Source: Octopus sinensis
Taxonomy: Eukaryota
DNA length: 64,000 nucleotides
Assembly (NCBI RefSeq): GCF_006345805.1
Contig: NC_043000.1
Coordinates: forward strand, 93,868,001-93,932,000
Direction of reading: 5' to 3'
This document shows positions 51,192-63,936 of the stretch, one piece after another. Within the stretch, counting starts at the first letter, position 1; every line of letters starts with the position of its first letter. The translations under genes were made by a program, and so were the position numbers. The notes below the pieces were generated by a model that was given only the letters and a program-made list of their open reading frames with translations, did not search any database and was not told the origin of the DNA.

Positions 51192-51906
51192 GGGTGACCA
51201 CTACGTGGACATCCATTATGCTAGAAGTCGACCTTCTGTCTTCTTACCACTAAGGAAGGCATGTTCTCAAGGAAACTTAGCAAACGCCAGAACGTAAGCG
51301 AGCAAGACAAATGAAAAGATACAAAATATACAGGTTAATCACAAACCAGTTTCGTTGTTACCACTTACGTAATCGCTTACGTAGATGTCCGTATCTCGTC
51401 AGTGTGATCGCCATAGCAAAATATAACATGCAGAACTATACACGAGGCGTCCGGTATTTAGGCGCGCCAAAACGAAGACTTTTGAAATATAAATCCAAAT
51501 GTAAATGGTAGAACTATATACATGTTCAATCTCATGCGGACGCGTCGTGTATAGATCTGCAAATTATATTTTGCTATGACGATCACACTGACGAGTTGCG
51601 GGCCTCTACGTAAGTGATTACGTAAGTGGTAACAAAGAAACTGGTTTGTGATTAATCTGTATATTTTGTATCTTTTCACTTGTCTTGCTCGCTTAGGTTC
51701 TGGCGTTTGCTAGATTTTCTTGAGAACATTCCTTTCTTAGTTGAAATACCATAGAGGGTCGACTTCTAGCATAATGGATGTCCACTTAGTGGTCATCCCT
51801 CTTATATGTATGTAATATAATTTTTCTGATTCTTCAGGATTTTCTATATGCTAGACCACTGGTTTTAAATTGATATTAATCAAGTTAATATTCAACTTTT
51901 CACCCT

Positions 51907-51947
<41 letters not shown>

Positions 51948-52077
51948 TATATATATATATTGTACGTATGTATATATTAATCAAATTAATATTCAACTTT
52001 TCACCCTTATTTCATATATATATATGTATATGTACGTATGTATATATTAATCAAATTAATATTCAACTTTTCACCCT

Positions 52078-52085
<8 letters not shown>
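51192..52085 (+). mobile_element. Palindromic PLE-like element: ~260-bp arms (51192-51453 / 51537-51799), tail, and tail repeated three times
   Basis: The same MKRYKIYRLITNQF peptide appears on both strands; degenerate HHR in each arm (51337-51409 minus, 51581-51653 plus). Confidence 0.9.
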
Positions 52086-52114
<29 letters not shown>

Positions 52115-52140
52115 TGTATATATATATATGTATATATAGT

Positions 52141-52840
52141 AGTATTCGGCATGTTAAAAGGACCAATGTTTCGGTAAACTTAAACAATATTTTATAATTA
52201 TGAGTATAATGATAATTAGGATTCAGCAAAAATTTGCTTCACCAGATACCAAACTTTAGAAATACCAGCCAAAGAACCTTAGGTATTTCTTCTACAATAA
52301 AAAGAAACTCCCGGACAACAAATACTCAAAACATCCCACGTAGACAGAAAAACAACGAAATTCACTCGGTATTTGATTACCTGTGGATGCGTTTCGGAAT
52401 TAGATCGGTATGAAGAATGTAAAAATCACACTGAATCCAATAGTTTTCCTCTTCGGCACAGGATTTCAAGATTTTAAATTTGAGAGCACTGAAAAAATTG
52501 AACATACCTATCCATTTCAAGTAGTATCAGACAAACTATATCCAATGACCAGTACCAACGAATTTAAAACATACGAATGAGGTTTCGCATCTTCCCTCAC
52601 CCATCCACGTGTGTTGTCGAGTAAAAGATACTACAGAAAAAAAAACTGTAGCTTATTAACAGGGATACAATTATATTATCAATAATAATAACGGGTAAAA
52701 TTAATTAATTAACTAGTAATTAATAATTCCACCAAGTAATATTCAGCATGTTAAAAGGAGCATTTTTCGGTAAACTCAAACAATATATTATAATTATGAG
52801 TATAATTATAATTAGGGTTTAGCAAAAATTTGCTTCACCA
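52141..52840. mobile_element. ~103-bp direct repeats (52141-52244 / 52738-52840) flanking ~490 bp
   Basis: TATTC(G/A)GCATGTTAAAAGGA...GCAAAAATTTGCTTCACCA present twice; PLE partial-tandem origin is inferred. Confidence 0.7.
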
Positions 52841-53524
52841 CACACACACACATATATATATTTACATACATACATGCTTGCATATATACATACTTTCTTG
52901 CATACAGAAAGAGAGAGACACACACAGAGAGACAGAGAGACAGATAACTAGCTAGCTAGTTAGATAGATGTACTTCAGTTTAAATATATATTTATGTGCA
53001 AAATATATGTGTGCGCATATGTAAATTCATACACTCTGTGCAAAGCTGAGAAATCAACCCAAGTACGCAATAACTATTTTCTACTCATATGAAGATACGA
53101 AGTGTAAGCTCATTGCAGATATCTGAATAAATACATTTTTATAAAGTTTTATAGAGATTAAAAATCTTATGATTTAATATAAATGTTACGGATTTTGTGG
53201 AGTCATCACAATGCCGATGATAACTATTATAATAATTTAGATCGACGAGGGAAAATAAAGTGAGAAACGAATGAAAATGCCAAACTACTGAGATCAGATG
53301 CAATAACGATAGCAACTAATAATAATTAAAACAAGCTTTGCTTAGGCAATTGAAAAGCAACGCTGTAACAATAATACAAGAAGACCCTAATAAAATATTC
53401 AGTAACTAAACGTTCAAAAGGATGGCTTGGCATTATTATAAGGAAACTACAGAAAGAAACGGTAGCTAAATGATCAGTGGCGAGAAACTCAAGTAGAGTG
53501 AATTCTGCCATTCTGCCATTGCGT

Positions 53525-53589
53525 TAATAATAATAATAATAATGATGATGATAATGTTGTTGATGATGATGATGATGATGATGATGATT

Positions 53590-53625
<36 letters not shown>

Positions 53626-54012
53626 GCGACGATGATGATGATGATGATGTTGATGATGATGATGATGATGATAATAATGATAATAATAATAATAATAATA
53701 ATAATAAGAAGAAGAAGAAGAAGAAGAAGTCGAAGAAGAAGAAGACGAGGAAGAAGAAGGAGGAGGAGGAGAAGAAGAAGAAGAAGAATAAGAAGAGAAG
53801 AAGAAGAAGAAGAAGAAGAAGACGAAGAAGAAGACGAAGAAGAAGAAGCAGAAAAAGAAGAAGAAGACGAGGAAGAAGAAGAAGGAGGAAGAGAAGAAGA
53901 AGAAGAAGAAGAAGAAGAAGAAGAAGAAGAAGAAGAAGAAGAAGAAGAAGAAGAAGAAGAAGAAGAAGAAGAAGAAGAAGAAGAAGAAGAAGCAGCAGCA
54001 ACAGAAGAAGAA
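53525..54012. repeat. Compound trinucleotide tract (AAT)-(GAT)-(AAT)-(GAA)
   Basis: Direct reading; explains three low-complexity ORFs. Confidence 0.97.
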
Positions 54013-54426
54013 GAATGGCTATTATTTTTAATATACAAACACACGTCTAGAAATTTAATATGCGCTTCCAATCGCCTACAGAAAGTGATGTCTTGTGCCT
54101 GTTTTAGAAAATACAAATGTTGTTGTCGCTATCATTGTTCCTTATATAATTACAGTAAAAGTTATAATAAAAATTACGTAATTGAAACGTTTTAAATTTT
54201 ATGTTTACTCGGCGGACGTTAATGGCTTCTATAATAAGGAAAAATGATATAAGAAAAAGACAATATGCACACATACACAAGTATTCACATACGTACATAT
54301 GCATACATCTGTATATATACATATTTCTGTGTTTTACTAGTTTGGCAAGTGGCTTGACCTGTGATCGTGTGTTGGAACAGAAACAATCTCATTGTGGAAA
54401 AGTCATGTGGCATATATACATACATG

Positions 54427-54460
<34 letters not shown>

Positions 54461-54657
54461 GGTGTATTGTATGTATGTATGTATGTATGTATGTATGTAT
54501 GTATATATATATATATATACATATATATAAGCGGATGTGTACATGTGTGAATGTATGTACGTGCGTATGTATACATATACATATATACATTCATATATAT
54601 ATAAATATATGTGTGTGAGTGTGTGTGTGAACAGGGTGTCTCCCGAAAATGTATATA

Positions 54658-55544
54658 CGTGGTCTGATTAATAAGTATTCGGACTGTAGCCATAGTAACG
54701 AAGCTAAAGCACGCAGAGTAAATGCGTTTGATACAGATTGACTTTTCGCTTTACTGTCTATGCACACCAAGTTTTAACGTTCTACCTCACTTCCCATTTT
54801 TACAGCAGTGCTTGGAAGGAAGTTGTGTAGCGTGTGATCGTCACAATTACTATAATGGAGAAAGTTGAGCAGAGAACCTGCATCAAATCTTGCCGAAAGC
54901 TTGGCGATACATGCTCAGATGTCAACGCAAAGTTTTCAAAAGGATTTTATCATTCTTGACAGAATCAAGATCTTGTGCGACTGAAACCCGTGTGTCTCTT
55001 TGGTAAGCTGAAAGTAGTTTTGGTACAAACTTGGCAGACAAGTATCTCATACCTAAATCTTAAGTGATAATGGACTGAACTAAACCGTACCTGATCTGCA
55101 CATCCTCTGATAACTCACTGAGAGTGATTCGACAATATCCCTCATAGCTGCATGCACATTTGCGATGTTTTTCTCAGTTCTGCCGGTTGCGGGTCTCCCA
55201 GAACGTTCGTCAATATCGACATTTTTTCAGCCATCTTGGAAACGTCTGAACCACTCGTATACTTGTGTGCGAGTCATTCACTCCTCCCGAAACACTTTCT
55301 GCAATTTTGCGTAGGCCCCTAAGCAGATATCGCCATGACATCTTTGTTATGGTCAATGCGACGATCACACGCTACCCACCTTTCTTCCAAGCACTGCTGT
55401 AAACAGGGAAAGTGAGCTAGAACGTTAAAACGTAGTGCGCATGGACATTAGTGTTCAAGGTCTATCTCTGCCAAACGGCTTTACTGTGCGTGCTTTAGCA
55501 TCGTTACTATAGTAACAGTCCGGATATTTATTGATCAGACCTCG
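54658..55544. mobile_element. 887-bp mariner derivative built from two inverted 5' ends
   Basis: TA-flanked; ~210-bp arms; left arm leads to MEKVEQRTCIK; right arm (minus) leads to TQVYEWFRRF, DERSGRP, LSAKFVPKLL; no catalytic domain. Confidence 0.88.
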
Positions 55545-56167
55545 TACATATTGTATGATTATCAAGTCAATGTTTATAAAAACACATCTCATTTTCAAAA
55601 TCAGATTGAATCTACAAACAATAATTTGTTTCTATGGACACCTCTTTTCAAACTGATGACCGTTCTGATCTTGGCACTACTGACAACGCGATACAGTGGA
55701 ATCGCAAACATCAAGAAACATTTTGTTTGATATTTGTGTACATTCTCGTTCAAGGGCTTCCCTTCTTTCGTCGACTGTTGCCCGTTTTGTACAGTAAATT
55801 TTATCTTTTAAGTACCTCCATAAAATATGTCAAGAGGTGTGATGTCCGATGAGCACGGAGAGTATTCTACTGGACCCCTACGTCCAATCTACCAGTTTGG
55901 CAACATCTCACCAAGGGAGGTTCTTACATGACCAAGGTAGTGTGTGGGTGCCCCATCTTGCTGCAAATAAAACTCCTCAACTTGAAAGTCTTCTTCAATG
56001 TTTGGCATTCCAGCCCGTTGCAGAAAGTTCAAGTAAATGAGAGCGATCTCAGTATCAGGAAAAAGAATGGTTCAAAGAATGCATTTGATAAGCGGCACCA
56101 AATGTAGCGCTTAGATGATCCATTTAATTTAAATGAAGCCTCATCAGTCCAAACAGTCTGTTGGAAT

Positions 56168-56454
56168 GTGTTCCTTCTCAAGCCATGCCTGGCTCATAAG
56201 GGCCGGTTTCCAGGTTTCCTTGGCGTATAGGTTCCCCACCTGAACGGGACGCCGGTCCGTCGCAGGTGAGCTGCAAGATCCAGGAGGAAAGAGTGAGAGA
56301 AAGTGGTGTCGAAAGAGTCAGCAGAAGCTGACCGTTACCTTCTGCCGGAGCCGCGTGGAGCTTAGGTGTTTCGCTCATAAAAACACACATCGCCCTGTCT
56401 GAGATTCGAACCCGCGATCCCTCGACCGCGAGCCCACTAACCCATGTGCCTCCA
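56168..56454 (-). mobile_element. tRNA-SINE family C with a 10-bp TSD
   Basis: B-box GGTTCGAATCTC; CCTGCGACGGACCGGCGTCCCGTTCAGG central motif; CTGTTGGAAT at 56158-56167 and 56455-56464. Confidence 0.88.
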
Positions 56455-57759
56455 CTGTTGGAATATGTGCATTTTCGACACATTTTGCCAAGTGTTGCCC
56501 TAAAATCTTCACTCGTCGGCCCGGGTTATTTTCATTGAGAGCATAAACTCTTCTTGAAATATAATTTTTGAAATTCGAAATATGATGGACGCATGACTTG
56601 GAAATTCATATCTCCTGACTCATTTGCTATACAGATTTACTTGAACTCTGGCAAGACATTTCCAGTATCTTTTCTTCATTTGTGGAGCCCATCGATATCT
56701 GCGGTCAAACTTTTCTCTGCTTCTAGTGATGGTGAGTAGCATAAGTGAATCTGTCTGAAACACCCACGGTCTTTTCAACTCACCTGCGTTTTCAAACAAG
56801 AATCAGTTGCACTTCAGGTTAAATTTCATTTGTTTAAAGCTTAATCTTAATTTCTAATTAAGTATATCTAAAAAGAAATGAAATATATGTGAATTATCAG
56901 TTGTTAAAGTATGGATATATATATATATATATATATACATTTTGGGAGATATGTATTTATAGCATTCATTCTCACCTTTCTCATTAGGAAGTGCGTGGCT
57001 CAGTCTAACACACACCACACATACATATACACTCGCAAATATACACATACAAACATACATATACACACGTGTCTGTGTGTGTGTATGTGTGTGTATGTGA
57101 GTGTGTACTGTTATACCTCTCTTGTCTATTTCTCCACAGGATATGATATACCATAAAGAAGTGCTAGGAAGTATATTTGGTATCAACAGTAATTGAAAAT
57201 ACACCGGAGCCTGCAGAATGCATCTGCGCTGAATAAATAAATGAATAAATAACGTATCTTTAAGTCTGCAAGTTCATAGGTATGTAATCTGTATTAAATA
57301 TTGTTTTAGCTTTTGACGCTTTTTACAGCCTTCGTCAGTACCGGTTTTAAATCAAACACATATGAAATTAAACCCATAGGCTTAATTCCCCACCATCAAT
57401 CCTGCTAAACATTATCAAAATGTTTCATTGCACATATACGACGTGGTCAATGAAATAATGTTACGCACACACACACACACATGTATATATAGGGAAAAAG
57501 CGTTTCTTTGGCGCTTTTTGTTTCAGTAATGACCGTCTTGCATAAGTACACAATTAGCTGGGGCATTTTTTTTTTACATAAAACTACCATATACTCCAAA
57601 AGTAGTGATAACACATGATGCAAAGAATAATGATATGTGTGGCTGTGTATATGCGTATCTGTGTGTGAAGTAGAGAAATAAAGAAAGAGAGAGAGAGAGA
57701 TTGAGTGAGTGAATAAGTGGGCGAGGGAATGACTGAGTAACAGAGACAGAAAGAGAGAA

Positions 57760-57798
<39 letters not shown>

Positions 57799-57999
57799 GT
57801 ATACAGACAAAAAGAAATTATATTTTATTCTCTTTCTTTCATCTTCAACTGCTAATGTTCCTTTGCGTGTATTCAATGCATAACTGAACATGGCTCCGTG
57901 TTCCATTGTTATTTGATGTAACGAGAATATTCTACATGTAATGTGTGTAGTAGTTGTATTTTAGGCAGATATTTGTCAAATAATTTCTACTTTCTCTGG

Positions 58000-58388
58000 G
58001 CAACAGGACTGGCTATGTGGTTAAGAAACTGTCTGGCAACCTCGTGGTTTCTGTCTCAGTCCCACTGCGCGGCACTATTGGTAAGTGTCTTCTGCTATAT
58101 ACCCGGGCCGATCAATCCCTTGTGAGTGAATTTAGTAGACGGAAACTTTGTGGAAGCCCGTCGTATATGCATGTGTATTTGTGCCTGTAAGTGTTCTCCT
58201 GTCAACCACCACCACCACCACTTGAAACTAGTGTTGGTTTGTTTACATCCCAGTAACTTAGTGGTTTGGCAAATGAGATCCTAAGATAAGTACTATACTT
58301 AGAAAATAAGTACTGGGTTCGATTTGCTCGACTAAATTCTAAAAGGTAGTGCTCCAGCATGGTTGCAAACAAGTAAAAGAGATAAGAG
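58000..58388 (+). mobile_element. Diverged full-length SINE A
   Basis: Head and tail homology to family A. Confidence 0.82.
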
Positions 58389-58404
58389 AGAACAGAATAT
58401 AATT

Positions 58405-58797
58405 TTCTACTCTAGGCACAAGGCCCGAAATTTTGGGGGAGGGGGCCAGTCGATTAGATCTACCCCAGTACGCAACTGGTACTTAATTTATCAAACCCGA
58501 AAGGATGAAAGGCAAAGTCGACCTCCGTGGAACTTGAACTCAGAGCGTAAAACAGACGATATACATATTTCTTTACTACCCGCAAGGGACTAAACACAGA
58601 GGGGACAAACAAGGACAGATAAATGGATTAAGTCGATTATATCGAGCCCAGTGCGTAACAGTTACTTATTGAATCGACCCCGAAAGGATGAAAGGCAAAG
58701 TCGACCCCGGCGGAATTTGAACTCAGAACGTAGCGGCAGACGAAATACCGCTAAGCATTTCGCCCGGCGTGCTAATGTTTCTGCCAGCTCGTCGCCT
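58405..58797 (-). mobile_element. SINE B dimer (alternative-tail unit followed by standard-tail unit)
   Basis: Same junction class as 7074 and 10323 at ~58564. Confidence 0.88.
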
Positions 58798-58815
58798 TAG
58801 GAGCAGTAAAATATT

Positions 58816-58947
58816 CTTTTTTACTCTAGGCACACGGCCCAAAATTTTTTGGGAGGAAGCCAGTCGATTAGATCGATCCCAGTACGCAACTGGTACTTAA
58901 TTTATCGACCCCGAAAGGATGAAAGGCAAAGTCGACCTCGGCGGAAT
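58816..58947 (-). mobile_element. 5'-truncated SINE B with a perfect 16-bp TSD
   Basis: GGAGCAGTAAAATATT at 58800-58815 and 58948-58963. Confidence 0.93.
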
Positions 58948-59063
58948 GGAGCAGTAAAATATTAACTGAAAAGTATTCAACTTTTTTGCATACTGAATTC
59001 ATATTATTTTGATTCACTACATTGTGGTTTTATGATAAGATACTAATTTTACTGTACTATATA

Positions 59064-60434
59064 TTGGGTTGTCCGGAAAGTTCGTGCCGATGCATAGTAG
59101 CTTACCTTTCGACTTATTTTAGAACATGGTTGAGACCATAAAATAAGATTTGACTTCACCTCCATTTAGAGCACAGTTTAAGCTATCTTTTCGTGGAAGA
59201 AGGTTTATGTTCCTATAACCTGTGTTAATTATGTAACCCTTTAAAATGGAAGATAAGAAAGTTCATTTTCGGCACTTGATGCTTTTCCTTTTCCGTAAAG
59301 GGAAAAATGCCTCACAAGCAGCCAAAGACATACTCAGTTTACGCTGATGTGTCTTTATCCGAAAGAACTGTACGGAAGTGGTTCGCAAGGATCGGAGCTG
59401 GAGATTGTAGTGTTATTGATAAAGAGCGATCAGGCAGATCATCCACTACAGATGATGACCAAATCAAGTCATTAATTGAGAATAAACCATATTGCACAAC
59501 CCGAGAATTGGCAGAAAGCCTCAAACTATCAAAATCCGTCGTTCATGAGCACCTGGTAAAGCTTGGGTACACAAATCGCTACGATGTTTGGGTACCATAT
59601 GAGTTGGGTATGAAGAACCTTTTGGATCGCATCTGTGATTCGCTTTATAAACGGAATGAAAACGCGCCTTTTTAAAAGCAAATTGTGACAGGTGATGAGA
59701 AATGGATTATCTACCGAAATGTTCAGAGAAAGTGATCCTGGAGTAAGCGACATGAACCACCATAAGCCTCCCCAAAAGCGGGCCTTCACCCTAAAAAAGT
59801 CTTGCTTTGTGTCTGGTGAGATTGGAAAATAATTCTGTACTGTGAGCTTCTCCCACGTAACCAGACAATTAATTCTGAGAAATACTGCACACAACTGAAC
59901 GAGTTAAAAGCAGCAACTCAAGAGAAACATCCAGAATTGGCCAACAGGAAGGGTGTTGTTTAACAACATGATAATGCAAGACCGCACCTTTCTTTGGGAA
60001 CCAGACAAAAATTGCTGCAGCTCGGCTGGGATGTGTTACCCCACCCGCCATATTCACCAGATATTACTCCTTCGGATTTCCACTTATTCAGGTCTCTGCA
60101 GAATAGTTTTAATGGTAAAAATTTCAATTCCTTGGATGACGTAAAAAAAAACCTTGATGAATTCTTTGCCATGAAACCACCTCAATTCTGGGAAGAGGGT
60201 ATTTTCAAGTTAAAGGAAAGATGGAGACGCATTGTGCAACAAAATGGTTCATAATTGGCTGATTAAAAATGTAATGGCAAGTATTCATTGACCTTTTTCT
60301 TTCCTTAAAGGAAAGTTGGAGACGCATTGTACAACAAAATGGTTCATATTTAGTTGATTAAAAATGTAATAGCAAGTATTTATTGACCTTTTTCTTTCCT
60401 TTAAAAATCGGCACGAACTTTCCGGACAACCCAA
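59064..60434 (+). mobile_element. Full-length mariner (TA-flanked, matching TIRs)
   Basis: TTGGGTTGTCCGGAAAGTTCGTGCCGAT TIRs; 95-bp tandem duplication at 60210-60399. Confidence 0.97.
59246..60254 (+). pseudogene. Mariner D,D34D-type transposase pseudogene
   Basis: MEDKKVHFRHL, WVPYEL, VTGDEKW, HDNARPH, PYSPDITPSDFHLF; frameshift near 59330 and several in-frame stops. Confidence 0.95.
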
Positions 60435-60593
60435 TATTTTAAATTGCTATTTTAGATTGCACTATATTACATCGATACTACTGTCCTGAAACTGGGATTT
60501 TACATTCTGTTGTTATTTTCACATTACAATGATTTTGTAATACAGGTTACCTGAATGATCTTGCATTGTTCTTAAATAAAATAACTGATCATC

Positions 60594-60680
60594 ATAGGCG
60601 CAGGCGTAGCTGTGTGGTAAGAAGCTGTAGCATGGCCGCAGTCAAATGACTGAAACAATTAAAAGGAAAAGGAAAATAAT
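60594..60680 (+). mobile_element. SINE A collapsed to head plus tail
   Basis: GGCGCAGGCGTAGCTGTGTGGTAAGAAGCT joined directly to AGCATGGCCGCAGTCAAATGACTGAAAC. Confidence 0.8.
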
Positions 60681-61156
60681 GTTCATGTATATCATAAAGT
60701 TTGTGAACATAGAAAGGTTTGCGAAAAAAGACTTTGGATCAATGTAAAATTTTAATTAATGGGACAAGAGAAAAGGTAGATTTTTAACGGTTAATATGCA
60801 TTTAACAAATTTGTAATACAATACCAGTAAATTATGATTTCAAAAAGGGTGCAAAGAAATCACACGGTTTCTATTATGCGTGGCTAAAGAAAACCTTTGG
60901 TGTGGCTTAGTTATTGATCATAATTTTCACAAATATAAAAATTTTCATGACTGCTTATTATCATATATCAAAATGATCATTTTTGGACAACACGTGATAG
61001 AGGATTTACTTAACTATATATGTGTGTGAGTGTAAATGAGTCTGTGCGTATATATGTATATATACATTTATAAATGTATATGTATATATATATGTATATA
61101 TATACATATATAAATGTATATGCATATATGTATATATATATATATATATACACATG

Positions 61157-61223
<67 letters not shown>

Positions 61224-61286
61224 ATGTAGGTATATGAAAGCTTACTGTTAAAAAAAGATGCGTGGTGTTCAGTTATTCCATAAATT

Positions 61287-61595
61287 AAAAATGCATTAAA
61301 TACTACAAAATGTACACGTAGAACAGACACGAGGACCCTAATCCTTCCTCGGTTATCCACCAAAAATACTAATGCCAAGTTTCGTGCTTTTAATGATAAG
61401 ACACGAAACGTCGTACATCGGTGGCAACCGCAAGTTTTGCGCAGAATTCGAGCTCTAGCAAAAGAAAACAAATACAGAGTGGACGTACGAAAGTAAGCAA
61501 ATGTAATTTGAAACGATAGGCGAAGACAATAAATAACGACTTTCAGGTTTTGTGTCTGTCCTACGTGTTCGTTTTATAGTATTTAATGCATTTTT
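61287..61595. mobile_element. 309-bp element with 44-bp inverted repeats (4 mismatches)
   Basis: 61287-61330 versus 61552-61595; MITE or inverted PLE repeat, unresolved. Confidence 0.65.
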
Positions 61596-61649
61596 CATTA
61601 TATATATATGTGTGTGGAAAGAGAGACAGACAGATAGATAGATAGATAT

Positions 61650-61735
<86 letters not shown>

Positions 61736-62268
61736 TATACTTACATATAAATATATTGATATATGTTTTTATTTAAAATTTTATGTCAAGTTATATATAA
61801 AAAGAATTTAGCATGAAGCTAAATTATTTCTCGATACTCTTTTAGAAGAGTACGATTTATTAACTGTTACTAAGGAAAAAGATTAAGAGTGCCTGAGGAA
61901 ATCGTGCAAGTCGAAACTTCAGAGTCACAGTTAACTTTTTCCTGTAAAAAAAACACACCTACACGATATGCATAGAAAGATACATATATCTATATTTAGC
62001 TATCTACACACACACACATATATACATCTATATGGAGTCGAACTAGGGACAGCTGATGAAGGGGAATTATCCTTGTATTGTTTGTCTTGTACTCTGTTTT
62101 TTCGTTGTTAAAAAACAGTCCGTTTCCATGTTTGTTTTTACGTTTTCGTTTCTCGTTGAGTTCTACGTCTATTTGTGGTGTCCTGTACTCACATATATAT
62201 ATTTATATAAGCATGTATATATACATGTAGATGTAGGTACGTACATATTTGTATGTATGCATATATTT

Positions 62269-62309
<41 letters not shown>

Positions 62310-62343
62310 TATCTGTCTATATACATATATGCATATACATGCA

Positions 62344-62412
<69 letters not shown>

Positions 62413-62691
62413 CTATATCTATATTATCTATATCTATATCTATATCTATCAATATATATATATATATATGTATGTATGTATACGACAGTAATTCGATGTT
62501 ACCAGAAAAAGAGTACTCTTGTCGATTTCTTGTTTTAAACTTTCCATTAAAATTGCAAATTCATTTTGATGCTAATTCTATTTTTTTTTATGTTTATCAT
62601 TTTGTAAGTCTACTACAATTACTCTTCCTCTGCCTCCTTCTCCTTCTTCTCCTCCTTCACATCCAACTGCTACGACTACTGCTATCACTAA

Positions 62692-62729
<38 letters not shown>

Positions 62730-62769
62730 TATTATTATTATATTATTATTATTATTATTATTATTATTA

Positions 62770-62804
<35 letters not shown>

Positions 62805-63654
62805 ACTATTATTTCGTTTTCCCTATGATTTGTTTCAAACGAATCCTTATAGTATTTTATTTTATTTTTTCTACACTTTCAAATTGTAGACAACACTTGA
62901 CAGGTGTTAGAATTACCTGCATATTCTCGAAGAAATACATATGTGGAAAAAAAACACACACAAACACACATACACAAATAAAAAATGCTTTCTTTTTTTT
63001 TCAATAGTACACACAGAAATAGAAGTGGTGGGGGTAAAAGAGATGAGAGAAAGGAAACAAAAAAATTCTTTTGTTTTTTTTTCTTTCTATTCATCATTTT
63101 ATATCATCTTTCTCTTTTTCCTTTTACATTTCCCGTTCGTCCCACCTCTCTCTTTCTCTCTTTCTGTTCTTATATCATTTATAATACTTCTCCTGTGATT
63201 CATTACATTATATATATTTTTTCATATCATTTAAAACCATGCTGTATAATATAGTTAATTCAGTCTACTTGTAAAAGGATTGAATGTTTTCAACGAAGAA
63301 ATTAATTAGACGAAACTCACCAACCAGAGGCCTCCTCTTCTATATTACAAAGAATGAGAAATGTTCATTAATGTCTCCAATATCGATAGCTGCCATTGTC
63401 CAATTTTTCTATTGATTCTGACCAAAAATTTTTCGTTTAGTGCACACCTTAAAGCTATTGACGTGTTTATTCATATTCTTTCTCTAATCATCGTTCTTTC
63501 TTATTTTCTTTCCCTAACAATTTCTTCTATATATTTTTTGTATTATTTTTAAAGCATTTTGCAGTTTTTTTTTCTTATCTCTCCCTAGTGCCATTACCTT
63601 TCAATCACTAATGTTAACCTACTTCCTTTCTAGCATTTACCATTTCCTTATCTA

Positions 63655-63656
63655 TG

Positions 63657-63753
<97 letters not shown>

Positions 63754-63755
63754 GC

Positions 63756-63834
<79 letters not shown>

Positions 63835-63872
63835 GCTATCTATCTATCTGTCTGTCTATCTATCTATCTATA

Positions 63873-63935
<63 letters not shown>
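63655..63935. repeat. (TCTA)n microsatellite
   Basis: Direct reading; also 62345-62450 and 61630-61690. Confidence 0.98.

Positions 63936-63936
<1 letters not shown>

Larger units (their letters stand above)
54632..56880 (-). mobile_element. Decayed DD41D (rosa-type) Tc1/mariner element, interrupted twice
   Basis: TIR-like CAGGGTGTCTCCCGAAAA; WTDEASFKLNG, LQQDGAPTH...GRRGPVEY...DITPLD with 41 residues between the second and third D; DQNGHQFEK C-terminus. Confidence 0.8.
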
